From positions 50,344,001 to 50,408,000 of the forward strand of contig JAGIQG010000013.1 of assembly GCA_024679065.1 (NCBI GenBank): DNA of 64,000 nt, given 5' to 3'. This document shows, piece after piece, positions 1-13,166 of this stretch (positions within the stretch are counted from its first letter, which is position 1; the number at the start of each line of letters is the position of its first letter). Source of the DNA: Sphyrna mokarran. Taxonomy: Eukaryota. A program made the translations under genes and the position numbers. The notes beneath the pieces are model-generated. The model did not search any database. It saw only the letters and a program-made list of their open reading frames with translations, and was not told the DNA's origin.

Positions 1-59
1 TGTTCCAGCGGCAATTCTGAATTCACTTAATGAGATTCTGATATCAATGTTGATCTGGG

Positions 60-520
60 TGAATGTATCACTCCACTTCCTTCAAAGATTTCTATTCTTG
101 AAGGGCTAAATTTCTCTCTCATTTCTCTCCAGCTTCTGCTGCCACATAAAATTCATATTGCTGGAAACTTGACTTCTCCTTGGGGAAATTATTAAGATGA
201 TAATACAATTATCCCAGTTCTTTCACAAATGATTTCCATGCATTAACTTGGGCAATGAAACATCCTTTTAAAAATCTTGTGACTACTGGGATGAGTAGCT
301 GCTAGCAAGGGTACCCGAGGTCAACGGCAAAGTAAGTGTTGAAATCCTCCTCTGAGAGCCTGAAGCAAAATCTATGCAGCAACAACTTCAAATTTCTTGA
401 ATGATGAGCCGATTCATCTGAATTTGAAGTTTAATTAGATTCCAAGAAATACCCATGTACTTTATACTCAGAACCATTTTGCCTCCTGTTGAGAACAGTT
501 GTTTTCCTTCTGGTTCTTGG
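60..520 (-). mobile_element. Possible very decayed BEL/Pao LTR-retrotransposon pol remnant
   Basis: Minus strand gives KYMGISWN followed by degenerate TxRxI / DPLG-like / WD segments in the order expected in BEL/Pao pol; many frameshifts. Confidence 0.25.
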
Positions 521-849
521 CATTTACTTGCTGTAAATACTTGTAGCTTGCCATAGTAAGAAGAAATTTAAATACAGTTAATTCTATTTGATGTTCTTCT
601 GTTTTGGAGAACATATTTACCAAATTGACTGCATTATTTTCAGCTTTGTACCATGTTCTTAATTTTCTTTATTGGTTCTCCAAATTGGCTCTTTTTTGTC
701 TGCTCTCATGGCTCCTATATTTTGGAGTTCTCTCCGTGCTTCTCAGGAACTAACGGTGTAATTTATTCTGATCCGTCCAAGGAGAAACTGCCTTGTAATG
801 TGACTGAAGTTCAACCGCACTTTGAAACAACTTAAGAATTGTTGCATTA

Positions 850-1810
850 ACACAGAAACTGGATGAGCTACCGATCTGAACCTAGCCACTGGATTTGGCA
901 CATTTAGCCCTACAATGTTATGCTTACTAAAATAAAATTACACGATTCGGGACTTTTGCCAAAATTTGGAACACTGTTATCGAGACTAGGCAAGCAATAG
1001 TCTGACATAATCATACACACGGAATCATATCTTTCAGCCAATATCTGAGACTTCTTTATCGTCATTCCTGGATACATCCTGTCCCTTCAGCAGGTCGGAT
1101 TCAGCAGACATAGAGCTACAGTCAGGAAGGAATGACCTTGGGGTCCCTCAACATTTGACTGTGGACTTCAAGAAGTGTTTGTCAACAGGTCAAATACAGG
1201 CAAGAGGTCTCACAACACCAGGTTAAAACTTAACAGATTAGTTTGATTGCGCAATCTTTTGAAGCACTGCTCCTTCAACAGGTGACTCACCTGATGAATG
1301 GGCAATGCTCCGAAAGCTCGTGCTACCACATAAACCTGTAGGACTTTAACCTGGTGTTATGAGACTTCTTACTGAGCTTACCACAGTTCAACACTGGCAT
1401 CCCCACATCATAAATACAGGCAAGGAAGCTTCCTGTTTATTATCACTTACTGCCTTTCCTCAGCTGATAACTTGATGCTCCTCATGTTGTACACCATTGG
1501 GACAAGAGCTAAGGATAGCAAGGGCACAATGTACTCAGTGGAGCGAGTCCATGCCCATCACCAAAAGTGACCCAACCACTGTTGACGAAACTAGTCAGTT
1601 CCTAAAGTATGTATCTACCAGACTGAACTTGTGTAGACCATGAAAGAACCAATAAGTAGGAAAAGCCTATTTGATCTTGTTCTCACCAGTCTACCTGCTG
1701 AGATGTGTCAGTCCAAGACAGTATTTGTGGGCTGATCATTGTATAGTCCTTGTGTTGATGAAGCCTTGCCTTACCTTCAGTGCAGATTTAGCAATTCAAA
1801 ACTGGGCACT
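850..1810 (+). mobile_element. CR1/L2-group LINE ('family B'), endonuclease-region fragment
   Basis: Decayed IPGY..S..QD...GG and QVK.GQG.LL.IT.Y..PSAD segments homologous to 58900-59330 (-); interrupted by a Penelope-type insert. Confidence 0.75.
1205..1411. mobile_element. Penelope-like palindromic (inverted pLTR) element with minimal hammerhead core
   Basis: Imperfect palindrome centred on caggtga-c-tcacctg (about 1286); CTGATGA...GAAA core at 1291-1315; 13-bp TSD AAATACAGGCAAG at 1192-1204 and 1412-1424. Confidence 0.8.
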
Positions 1811-2774
1811 AATTAAGTTTTGTAGGCCTCAAATTTGCAAGCTTGTGGTCTAACATATCCCTCACTCCACTATTAAATCCAAACCTGTAAGTTTCAGGGC
1901 GTATAGGTATTGATGTAGTCCTTTAAATGGCTCAGGGTTCTCAGTGAAGCACTTTGAAGTTTAAAATGTATATATATTTCTGTGCCTGTAATGTAGGAAT
2001 GGTGTATTGATTTGTAATTTTCTCTTAATTAATTTTACCAATTTAATCGCCTGTTCAACACTTTCCTGTTACATGCTGATCTTTTAACTCTGTCTTTATA
2101 TGCTTGCATTTCTTTAATCTGATTGCTTGGCCTTTGTATGAAGTACTCAATGCAAGTTAGACTGCAATTCAGTTTTCAGTTGGGAACATGTTTGTTGAAT
2201 AAAATATCATGAATATGATTACATCAAGCCAAGGAGCAGCTCTGGTTCAGTGAGGGATGCAGAAGAGCTTTGCTGGAGCAGGAGCAGGCTTACCCGAAAT
2301 AATTGAGCTGGTGAAGCTCTGATACATGAGTAGCAGACATTGCATTCTATTGATCGAATTGAACAATGCCAAAAGCAACAGTCCTGATCAAAGCTCTGGG
2401 TTGTGCCTCATCCATCTATAAATCATGGTAGACTATCAAACAATTAAGGAGAGGAAAAGGTACATAAACATCCTCATCTTCAAAATGGCATGCAGTAGCG
2501 TAGTGGTTTACTATACAACGGTCTAAGTCTCTGAATCAAATGAGTGGGAGATGCAGATCTTATTGGATATTCTACAGTGAGTGACTCCCTGTCTGAATCC
2601 TCAATGTCTTTCCACATGATACAAGTGTTCCCCACTTGACAGGAATGAATGAAACAAAATTGAATAAGTGTTGACACCATCCAAGTTATAGCTGATCACC
2701 TGTTTTAACGTTCACTCTCTTCACTGGCATCCCCACATGTGGGTTTCCTCCGTGCTTGTAATGTTTACCATCAC

Positions 2775-3090
2775 CAGCAGCTCATCAAAAAAGCTGCTTC
2801 AACAGGGCTATGGAAACCATGACCTCTATACCTAGAAGGATAAAGGAAGCAGGCCCATGAGAACACCACCACTTTCAAGCTTTCCTCCAAATTTCACATT
2901 ATCCTGACTTGGAAATATATTATTGTCCCTTCATTGTTGCAGGATCAAAATCCTGGAACTCCTTACTTAATAATGCATCACTGTGTAGATTGCAGCAGCT
3001 CAAGAGTGGTTCATTATCTTCTCAAGGACAAATAGGAATGGGCAAAAAAGATGCATACCGACAATGCCCACATCTTGTGAATAAATATAA
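2775..3090 (+). mobile_element. Family B LINE 3' end
   Basis: F.VAGSKSWNSL motif (ORF 2909-3193) and the shared 3' tail ggatgggc..aatgc...cccacatc..tgaataaa. Confidence 0.8.
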
Positions 3091-3570
3091 ACAATTGCTC
3101 AGTCTCTGTCAACAGCATAGTTTGAAATTCTGTGCATTCCCAATTAGCATTACCAAAGCAACCTTGATATGGATTTTCTCTGGTTCTCAGTGATAACTTC
3201 AAATTATAAGGTGTTTTGTATATGGATTTACGATCATTGAAATTACGAAGCAGCAGCCATGCCCCAACAAAAAAACCTGAAATATAGTTTCAGTTGGCAC
3301 CATTCTTCTCTAATTAGGTTGTTAACTTGATCAGACATCATGATGTTGCTTAAGAAAATGCAATTGTGCAAGATTTCCAAATCTTTCTGTAAATCATTTT
3401 TGACATAGATACATTCAATGATACAAAAATATATTTCAGTTGACAAGAAAACATCTGTAATTGTAATGTGTAACTACAGTGAGTTTAAAATTTGCAGGAA
3501 GTTTGTGGGTTGTGTATCTACATGGGAGCAGAACTAAGGTGGTGAGTTGTGGAGGAGATTTTCATCAAAA

Positions 3571-3909
3571 TCATAGAAATCTCATAGTACAGAAAGAGGT
3601 CATTCGGCCCATCGACTCTGCATTGACCACAATGCCATCCAGGCCCTGTCCCATGTCCCTACATATTTTACCCACTAATCCCTCTGACCTATGCATCTCC
3701 GGACACTAAGGGCAATTTTAGCATGGCCAATCAACCTAACCTGCACATCTTTCGACTGTGGGAGGAAACCGGAGCACCTGGAGGAAACCCACATAGGCAC
3801 GAAGAGAATGTGCAAACTCCACACAGGTAGTGACCCAAGCCGGAATTTGAACCCAGGTCCTTGGAGCTGTGAAGTAATAGTGCTAACCACTGTGCTACCG
3901 TGCCGGCCC
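3571..3909 (-). mobile_element. HE1/V-SINE with CR1-type tail
   Basis: tRNA-like head ggcacggtagcacagtggttagcac...ggttcaaattcc, V-domain ggagtttgcacattctc...ggtttcctcccacagtc, CR1-like tail gggccgaatgacctc. Confidence 0.92.
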
Positions 3910-4024
3910 TTTTTACTGAAAAAGAGATTGACGTTCGGGCCATAGTGCAAATTTGACAGAAGTCTTGTGCACTTGAATTTCCTCATTATGTTTGTCCAAA
4001 TTTGGCATGCTGCAAAAAACCCAT

Positions 4025-4142
4025 GGGCGGAATTCTCCGGCCACATTGGTCTAAAAGCCAGAAATTCCTGCCTGACCGTCAATGGCGTTTCACATTCTCT
4101 GTTAAAATTCCAATGATGGGTGGGATGGGAGGATTTTTGCCC
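4025..4142. mobile_element. Short MITE-like element with GGGC-terminal inverted repeats
   Basis: gggcggaattctcc ... ggaggatttttgccc termini. Confidence 0.55.
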
Positions 4143-4887
4143 AAATTTGCATGAGCTTTCAGGGCATTTTATTAGAAAATTTACTGCAAATGCTTCAGAG
4201 AGCATTTTCAGAAGAGGAAAGCTTGGTCAAGAAGCGGATGACTGGTAATCAGGAATAAAGCCATCAAAACCTCTCAATCTGTCTTTGTAACATTCAGCTT
4301 CTGCAACAGAGTAATTATCTTCTTGTTGAAGCATTAAAATGTTTGTTCTTCCATTATTCATCATCAAGATTTAAATCAACATCAAGTTATCAGAAAATTC
4401 TTTGATACTTAGCACTGACAGCTGCAGAAGAAGCAGCAGACAAGATGGTGAGTTTGATGTACTGTAACATTCTTGGAGAATATAAAAAATAAATATCTCA
4501 AGCTGTGGCAGCCTCTGGAGGCACAGCAGTGGGAGCTGCAACAGGAGTGTTAAGAATATAATAAAGGCAGCAGCAGACAATCCAGTAGCACATTTAAATT
4601 ATCTTAGATTTGAGTACCATAATAGGCAATGATCTTCAAGAAGAAATGCTGTTGTGAATGTAACTGGGAAAATCTGATTTGCAGAGTATTTGAGGAAACT
4701 TTATAAATATAATTTATGACACAATCACAAGTCTTTTTTTTTCCTTGCGTTTAAGCAATGTTCCCCTCCCATCTCCGAGGAAGTATATCCTGGCGCTAGC
4801 ATTTCTTTAAGCAACTCTATATGATCCTATAAATGGTTGGAATTAATAGAAAATGATCTGGTTTCCACTCTATTTACATAAACCAGA

Positions 4888-5194
4888 TCATAGAATTCCT
4901 GCAGTGTCGAAGGAAGGTATTCGGCCCATCAAGCCTGCACCAACAACAATCCCACCCACGCTTTATCCCCTTAACTGCATGTATTTACTCCACTAATCCT
5001 CCTGACTCTAACAGGCAATTTAGCATGGCCAATCCACTTAATCTACTTTGGAATGTGGGAAGAAACCAAAGCACCCAGCTCACAGACACAGAGAGAACAT
5101 ACAAACTCCATATAGACAGTGACCTGAGGCCAGTATTGAACCTGGTCCCTCGCACTGAGGCAGCAGTGCTACCTACTGTGCCAGCATGCCACCC
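4888..5194 (-). mobile_element. HE1/V-SINE with CR1-type tail
   Basis: Same head, V-domain and tail as 3571-3909, more diverged. Confidence 0.88.
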
Positions 5195-5269
5195 AAAGAT
5201 GATTGATATCCAATTTCCAGAGAAGAAGTAAATGCATCAGTTTACATATGGCTGTCAAAGCAACATGAA

Positions 5270-5380
5270 AAGAACAATTTGCATTTCTATATCACTTCCC
5301 ATTACCTCAGGACATTATGGTCAAGTCAATTACACACCTTTTTGGAATGTAGTCCACTGAGGAATGCAGTACCTAAGGCA
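5270..5380 (-). mobile_element. Deu-SINE (AmnSINE1/SacSINE1-like) 3' fragment
   Basis: aacaatttgcatttctatatc...acctcaggacat...tttggaatgtagtc matches the reverse complement of the Deu-SINE L2-type tail. Confidence 0.6.
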
Positions 5381-5714
5381 GGTACAGAATTTAAAATCCA
5401 TTAAGTCCACTTACCATTCTTTGTTTTCCATACATTAATGTGGGACACTGATGTGCCCATTCTACTCAAGAGTTTATAATAATGTGGTTCAAATATATAG
5501 ATAAATGTCTATTCAGCTTTTTTGGAAAATATGGAGCAAATTGGTGGCCTTCCAAGTTAAGTAAAATAATATTTTCAGGGGACAAAAAGTGCACCTACAG
5601 ACACCACAAAGGTGGTTTGGGTTGTTGCTGTCCCCTGTTGAATCTTATCCAACAGTTTGCCTTGTGCCAGCCTGAACCCAATAAGCTGCCTCTATTCCAA
5701 AAGCTAAATATTGT

Positions 5715-5823
5715 GATTGCTGGGAATCTGAAATAAAAACTGGACATTCTGGATAACTCAGCAGGTCTGGCAGCATCGGCAGAAAGAGAAACAAGTGTTA
5801 CTGTTTCTAGTCCTTCTTCAGAG
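5715..5823 (-). mobile_element. Penelope-like pLTR fragment with degenerate hammerhead core
   Basis: Minus strand ctgaagaaggactagaaac...tttctctttctgccgatgctgccagacctgctgag; same family as 34940-35048 and 56606-56700. Confidence 0.7.
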
Positions 5824-6199
5824 TTGTCTCTTTATACCCACTTCAGGTGACAGCTCATTACCTTTCTTTATCATTTATTTTAATAAACGTTTGCTGCGAA
5901 AATGGACCAGGCTTCCTGTGGCCCCACCTGTTCTTCCAGCGAGCTGTCCCACTGTTAGAATTTCCCGGGGGATTCGACCATTCCAATAAGAGTCCAGCAA
6001 AGCCCAAGGTTCATTTCACTTGCATATAAGAAAACCCCAATATTCAACCAATGTTCAATCTTTGAGCATATGCCGCAGTGGATGTTATTAAGTTTGTGAG
6101 TGATTTTGAGGCAGCAGTCATGATAAAGCTGAGTGCACTGTTATTTTATTCACAATTCCTGACAACTTGAGCACTGGGTTTCGAGAGGTAATTTTATAT

Positions 6200-6545
6200 A
6201 TTTCTTGGGACGTGAACTTTGTTGGCTGGGCCATCATTTATTGCCCATGCCTAATTACCCTTCAGCTGAGTGGATTTCGAGGGTAACCTTTGAAAAGTCA
6301 ATCACATTGCTGCAGCTCTGGAATCACGAAGACCAAGCCAGGAAAAATTGGTGGATTTTCTTCCTAAAGGACATTAGTGAACTGATGGATTTTTGCAATA
6401 TTTGATAGTGGTTTCATGGTTATCATTATTCTTTTAACTCCATATTTTTATTAAATTTAAATTTTACCATCTGCCATAGTGGGAATCACATCCAGGTCCC
6501 CTGGTTTCTGGATTACTGGTGCAATGAAGATACCAATATGCCACG
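6200..6545 (-). mobile_element. tRNA-headed SINE sharing both ends with family B LINE
   Basis: Reverse-complement homology to 42827-43205 (cttcctaaaggacattagtgaac, ttaccatctgccatagtggga, tttattgcccat). Confidence 0.8.
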
Positions 6546-6999
6546 TAACCTTGTTGCTTGTAATGTTGTCCAACACACCAATTTCTAATCATGTTGGTTC
6601 CCAAATCTGCCTCATGCTGCTGGATGAGCTCTGTGCCCCTGCTGTGCTGCTATCTACTTGTTTCCCTTGGCCAAAGCCTTTGCCCTGCTCATCTTCTGGA
6701 CTATCTTCATGAGAGTGGGTTAGATTTCCGCTAGATGTTACATGCTTCTCACCACCTTACATTTGTTCCTTCAAGTGTTTCCCTCATCTGCACCAACTCT
6801 GTAGATTTACCTTTTGTCTTCCTCCAGCTCCCTGCTCTTCATTGCTGTTGGTTATTGTGCTTCACACTCACTGCTGTTTTCTCCTTTTGTGGTATACCAA
6901 ATATTCTAGTGTGCTTTGCCAATACAAGAGGCTGCTATGCATCTCCAGAATTGCCACAAGATGTTTGATAATGTCCTTCATTAGTTAATTAAAGTTGAA

Positions 7000-8325
7000 C
7001 AGAATTAGCAGCAAATTGTTAACATTGCTAGGGAATTGGCTGATTGACATGAGATATGGAGTAAGAAAAATGGGCTGAATGTAACGAGTGGTATCCTGCC
7101 ACAACGGAGCTATTTTAGGATCTCAACATGTACTTATTAACAACTTTGATGGTGGGATAGAAAGCTACATATTTACGTTTGCTGATGACATAAAGATGGG
7201 CAGCATTGTAAACAATGTAGATTGAAACATGGTCTATAAATAGCTCTGTTGTATTAAGTGAAAGGGCAAAACTATGGCAAATGGATTTCAATGTGGACAA
7301 GTATGCGGTCATCCACTTCAAACTTAATAAAAGGATGGAAGGGAGCACTATTTAAATGGTCAAAAATTAAAAAAAAAATAGTTTAAAGAGACCCTGTACA
7401 TAGATCATTACATTATTCTGGACAGAAAATAAGGAAGAAGGCTAATGGAATGCTGACCTTTATATCTAGAAGCTTACAATATATGAAGTAGAAGTTAAAG
7501 TAAAGGAAAATAAAGCATTGGTTTGACCACAGCTGGGGCATTGAGAGCAGTTCTGGGCGCCGGACCTTGGGAAAATGACTTGGGAATTGAAGGATTGCAG
7601 TGTATGTTTACCAGAATAATAGCTGGATACTAAACTATGAAGGCAAATTACACAGACTAGAGCTATATTCTGTAGAATTTCTATGATGAAGGAAATATTG
7701 AATCAAAGTTTTCAAAATATTAAAGGGAACAGGAGGAGTGGAATGATCAAAACAATTTCCATTGATTGGAGAATTTAGGACTATGGGCACAATGTCTACA
7801 TTGGAGTCAGATGTTTGAAAAGTGAAATTCAGAAATGCTTCCACATATAAACGATGGTAGTATACGGAATCTCTTCTGCAAACAGCAATTGCTATTTTAA
7901 ATCTGAGATTGATAAGATTTTTGTTAATCCGAGGAATTGAAGGCATCAGGCAAAGGTGGATATATGGAATTATCTTAGTAGGCCGTGCCTCAGATCGAGG
8001 GTGATTTGCTCCACTTTGGCCTGATAGGTTTGGAGATGGTTAATAAGTCCAATGTGTGATATGCAGGCGCTGTATGTAGGGTGTATTGTTTGGAGAGATA
8101 TGCAATCCCCTCAACATCTCAATATTGCTTCTGTACGTTCCTGATGAAATCTTTCCATCTGTCTGGTGCCTTCCCGAAAGAACCTTCTCCATTTTGGTTA
8201 GTCACAAATCAGGGGCCCCTACGAGCCAGCAAGAATATTTGGCCTCTTTAAGGATGTTTTGAGGACATCCCTAAACTGTTCCCACTGTCCTCCTGTGACT
8301 AGGTTGCAGATAGGCCATGATCTGT
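7000..8325 (+). mobile_element. CR1 (HER1-like) LINE, decayed RT to 3' end
   Basis: FADDIK, WQMDFNVDK, QFWAP motifs and CR1 3'UTR (ggccatgatct); split near 7970 by an RTE insert. Confidence 0.85.
7972..8298 (-). mobile_element. RTE-clade LINE 3' end nested in CR1
   Basis: cttagtaggccgtgcctcagatcgagggtgatttgctccac resembles the reverse complement of an RTE 3'UTR; minus strand GGQWEQFRDVLKTSLK resembles the RTE C-terminal G.Q.KR.KD.LK.SLK motif. Confidence 0.7.
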
Positions 8326-9499
8326 CCATTGATCATCTGCCAGCAGTCTTAAAAAATAATCTTAGCCGGAAATGTTGACATCATTTTGCATTTAAGTGCA
8401 CTCAAAATATGCTGTGATATCGTTTGACATCAAAAGGTATAATTTAGAATGATTTTGTATGGCAGAAATAGTCATTTATCATCAAAAGAGATCAAATGTC
8501 ATCTCTCTATCATCATAATTCCTTATGATTGCCAGGAATCATTCAAGTGTTCCTAAATGTTCAAAATCTATCGCAGCTTTGATAAAATTGTGGAAGCAGT
8601 TATTAGTATATAGAACTGATCATTTGCACTCAGAAATGTTCATTAATAATCAAAAGCATTCATTCGCCTCACACCCCATTTTCCCTTTTGCAGCCCAGCC
8701 TTGATTCCCCCCAACTTGGCCTCATTTCAACCCCACACGCCTATGAACCCTACAGTATTGTTCAACACTGCAGCTCACCATTGTATGGTTCACTGTTCTT
8801 CTAATCATTGGCTGCTCCTCCTTTGTTTTCTACTAAGCAGCTGATCAGCAACAAGCATGGAGGAGAAACAGCCTATGTTTGGAAGAACAGCTCCCTACAG
8901 AACCCATCACTTGCATTTATTCGGGAGACATTTTTCTGGTGGCCATCATGATGAATTTTCAAAGTCTATTTTCAAGTTTTTGGGAGTAGATTTGCCTGCC
9001 ACCCGTGTATATTCTGAATGCTGAACCAAACTGCATACAACTAAAAACATAGAGCATCTATGTGTAAAATAACTTCAAGTACACTACTATTGTACTTCCA
9101 GTAAACACTTTTGAATACAGATGTTCACCATTAAGTGCATATGTTACCTATTGATTGTTGTTGAAAGCAAATGTTCTCAAACTTTTCCAGTAGGGAATGA
9201 CCATCTGCACATTCACCTTCTCTTCCTTTGATCCGTTGATGCAAAGCATTAGGAACCATTGCATCTATCTCTTCACCTTTCATAAAATAAAAAACTCTTC
9301 AAAAACCATCTCCTTCATTTAACATTGTGAAAATTTCCAGTTCATTTCCCTGAATCTGTGTCCATTTTCATCATGCTGAATTTGAAACACCTTGAGATTT
9401 TTATGTTTGAAATGCTATATTTTTCAAACTTTATTTGTTATTTTACTTGTATGTTAATTATGCATAAACAAGACAGAATGTTTAAATATTTGCACATTA

Positions 9500-9750
9500 A
9501 AGGAGAAGAGAGAGGTAAGGAGGTGATGAGGTTTAGGGAGGGAATTCCAGAGCGAAGGGTTCAGCGCACCTGAAGGTACTGGCATTACCACTGGGGCAAT
9601 TAAAATCAGGGATGTGATGGTAGCAAGAATTGGTGAAGTCCCAAATCCTCACTGATCTTCAGACTGGAGGATGTTACAGAGATGAGGAAAGATGAGACCA
9701 CTGGGGGATTGGAAAACAAGGATGAGAATTTTAATATCAAGGTGTTGGCA
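9500..9750 (-). mobile_element. L2 LINE fragment
   Basis: gaggtttagggagggaattccagag...gttacagagatgagga...ggatgagaattttaa is the reverse complement of L2 ORF2 C-terminal sequence like 20880-21440. Confidence 0.7.
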
Positions 9751-9884
9751 ATTGGAATATTTCTAATAGTATTAAGGTTAATTCAAATTTCCTGAAATGG
9801 AAATAAATGTGCCACTTGTTAATCTTTTAAGTCCATTATGCTAATACTGCGTGTAACATTCAACTCTGTACAATATGTACATGT

Positions 9885-10325
9885 GTGAGGAGAGATTAAC
9901 TAGGCTAGGATTGTTTTCACTGGATTTCAGATGAATGAATGGGGGATCTCATAGAGACTTATAAAATTCTAACAGAACTAGACATAGTAGATGTAGGAAG
10001 GATGTTCCTGATGCTGGGGATGTCCAGAATCAGGGGTCACAGTCTGACGATTATAGGGTAGACCATTTCGGACAGAGATGAGGATTCTTTCTTTGCCTAG
10101 AGTGGTGACCCTGTGGAATTCGTTACCACAGGAAGTATTGATGCCAAAACATTGAATGTATTCAAGAGGCAGCTGGATATAACACTTGGTGCAAACAGGA
10201 TCAAAGATTATGGGGAGAGAAAAGGATTAGGCAATTGAGTTAGATGATCAGCCATGATCGTGATGAATGGTGTAAATTGAAGGGCCGAATGGCCTCACCC
10301 TGCTTCTATCATCTGTATTTCTATA
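9885..10325 (+). mobile_element. CR1 LINE 3' end
   Basis: EERLTRLGLFSLDFR...GDLIETYKIL...LWNSLP...FKRQLD, then tail gaagggccgaatggcct. Confidence 0.92.
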
Positions 10326-12829
10326 TCCGTACCAGCAAATTGTGAACAGGAGCAGGAAGAATCCAAGGTGAAAACCGAACAGAGAATTAAAGTGCCACAA
10401 CCTTGTGAAAGCCGAAGAGACAATTACTAATGATTATCTGAAGGGGCTTTGGCTAACCAATGAAATAATTACAAATAATAGAAAGAATCCAACTCCAGAT
10501 CTGAAAGTGTCATATTGATTGCAGTGCTCTGACTGTAGCTGTATAAGTCAGAGTAGCCTTTTTTGTTACATGGTCTTCCCTGGCACCTGGGGAAATGATT
10601 GTGATATTGCTTAAAGCATTGTGTCTATCTGCATTCGAGAGATGACAGATACATTCCTTTTTCTAAATGTGATGAGAATCACTGTGCTGCAGAACAAAGT
10701 GTTACTGGTGTTGGAGAGGGCACAAGTAGGAAAGAGAGCAACAGGAGCTTATGATTTATCTGACTATGCTTATCTTGCAGATGAGAAGTAAGATTGCTCT
10801 GGGGAATCTTAGTATTCAAAGAGATTGACAGGTGTCTTGTCCAATTGAAAGCTCAACTTAATGGAGTATAGCTCTAAATTCAATTCCCTGACGGTTTGCC
10901 TATTGAAAAGTGTCAAGACAATGATGAAGGGAGTGTATTTCTGACTTGAGGCACAAAATGGAATTGAGTATGAGGGACAGAGTCAGAATGCTTAATCTCC
11001 AAAATTAATTTTCAAGAACAGATCTTCAGGTAAACAATCCCTGGTCTTGGATTTTGTAATCAGTGATGAATGAACAGCGCTTGATGTTCATTATGCTTAC
11101 AGTGCCCACAGACATTTTGTGGATTGTTGAGCATCAATTTTCTGTCATTGGGTATCTGACACAGTGTTGTATCCTCTAAAAGGGATCTGAAAGCTGGATG
11201 TATAGTGTAGGCAACAGCATGTCTCTTCACTTCTGAGTTCTCGGAGACATTCGTGGTCTGAACCAGTTGTATAAATTAAATATTTACTTAAATGTTAAGT
11301 TACGTGCAGAAGCAAAAAGTGGGATTAAGAAGCAGACATAAGATAATTTAAAAAAAACTCACATCATAAAGATTAAAAGTGAGATTCCACACTTGTAAAC
11401 AGTTTTTCAGTTAATTAAGACACAGCATACTGTTAAAAAATTGTGTGCATTGAATGAACAAACCCTAATTTTATCCAGCTTATTTAGTTGCATCTAGTGG
11501 GCAAGGATACCAACCTCATGCCTTTGCATGTATTTTAATATGAAATCCTTGGGCAAAGTACCGATGTAATGAAACTGATTTGACTTTCTTTAAAGATTAA
11601 TCCTTGGCTTAAAGGAAAAGTACTGGCAGATAATATGCCGATAAAAGGCACCAGGACAAAGATGTAAATGTCTCTCTGCATTTCAATATAGAGCAAAGTA
11701 TTCCAATATTTGAAAAGAATCATAAAAGGTATTGGGCCAGAATTTATTGCAAAAGTAACTGAGAGACGAATGACTCTCGTGGTTCTTTAGGTGCAAACTG
11801 TGCAGTTGTTAATTGCAGATGACAATAAACTTTTGATTCTGAATGTTGTTAGCCCAATCACTCTCCCTAACATGTTTAAATGGCTTCCTACTGTCTCCCC
11901 ATGTAATTATATTGAAACATTGAAATCGTAGACTTCCATGATTAAAAGCATACTAAACTCCCCGCATAAACTTAGGATGTATTCATTTCAATGTAATTAA
12001 CCTTGAAATTTCTGGCACTGAAAATTAATTTTAACAAGTTTGCAGTCTAATTTCTTTATATTTTAGTTAATGTTGGAGCTTTTATAAATGTAATTATTTA
12101 ATTTTTTTTATTTTCTTTCTCCTTTATTCTCTCTCCTAATGTAATTGTTCTTTTTCTTTACTTTGCTTTTCGAACCTAATTTGTCATAAAATTCATTATT
12201 CTTTCTTGTCTTCATTCAACTTCTGTCCATTATGAGTTCTTTGATCTTACTGGTGTGGTGACGCACAGTTGGTTGCTCTGTGCACACAGGTGCCAGATGC
12301 TCTGTAGAAGGTACTTAACTCTCCAATTTACAACTGCCAGTGTAAAATGTCATTGAAATTCAATGGTTTTGGACAGGCTTCACACTAATTTTCATGTTTT
12401 TCAGCATTCTGCACTGAGTGTGTGGTTCCTACATTTTCCTGTTCCTTTAAAATCTGGACTTGTGTTAGCTGCTTTTAATTTGGGTTCAGTACCATATGAC
12501 TCACAGAAGTTACTGGTTTTGTATAATCAGTGGCCTTAATGAATCCTGCAAGTTTTCTTTGGAGTTGCTGCAAGTTGCGTGAGGCTTATATATTGGAAGC
12601 CTCGAATAGTAATACTGTTTCTGAAGGAATACAAAAGTATATCATGCCGTTTATAATCAGGGCTGCAATAGAATTTACAATAATTTATGGTAGCAAGATG
12701 CTTTACTTTGGCTCAAGGCAATATTCATTCATCATATCCTTCTGTTGACAAGGAGAACTTAACCATCCACGTCAATGATATTGTACTTTTATAATTGAGT
12801 ACAACAGAAATAATGTGAAATATGTTATC

Positions 12830-13090
12830 TTGGTTAGCACTGCTGCCTCGGCGCCAGGGACCCGGATTCAATTCCCACCTTGGGTCCCTATCTGTGTGGA
12901 GTTTGCACATTCTCTTCATGTTTGCATGGATTTTCTCCAAGTACTCTAGTTTCCTCCCACAGTCTGAAATATGTGCTGGCAAGGTGCATTGACTGGAACA
13001 GGCGCTGGACTATGGCAACCAGAGGAACTTCACAATAACTTATTTCAGTATTAATGTAAGCCTTACTTGTGATGAATAAATAAACTTTAA
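12830..13090 (+). mobile_element. V-SINE with non-CR1 tail
   Basis: V-SINE head and core, then cacaataacttatttcagtattaatgtaagccttacttgtgatgaataaa. Confidence 0.88.
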
Positions 13091-13166
13091 GTTTCATAAT
13101 CACCATCGTGGTGAGCAATTATCTGAAGCTACAGGTTTCATATGGGTTAAGGCAAACGCAAGGGGA

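Noticed and set aside
3675-4205. 176-aa ORF and similar SINE-spanning ORFs
   Set aside because: Translations of V-SINE sequence, repeated at every SINE copy.
4420-4455. CAAGATG|GTGAGT donor-like site as an extra exon
   Set aside because: No convincing acceptor or recognisable peptide; such motifs occur by chance.
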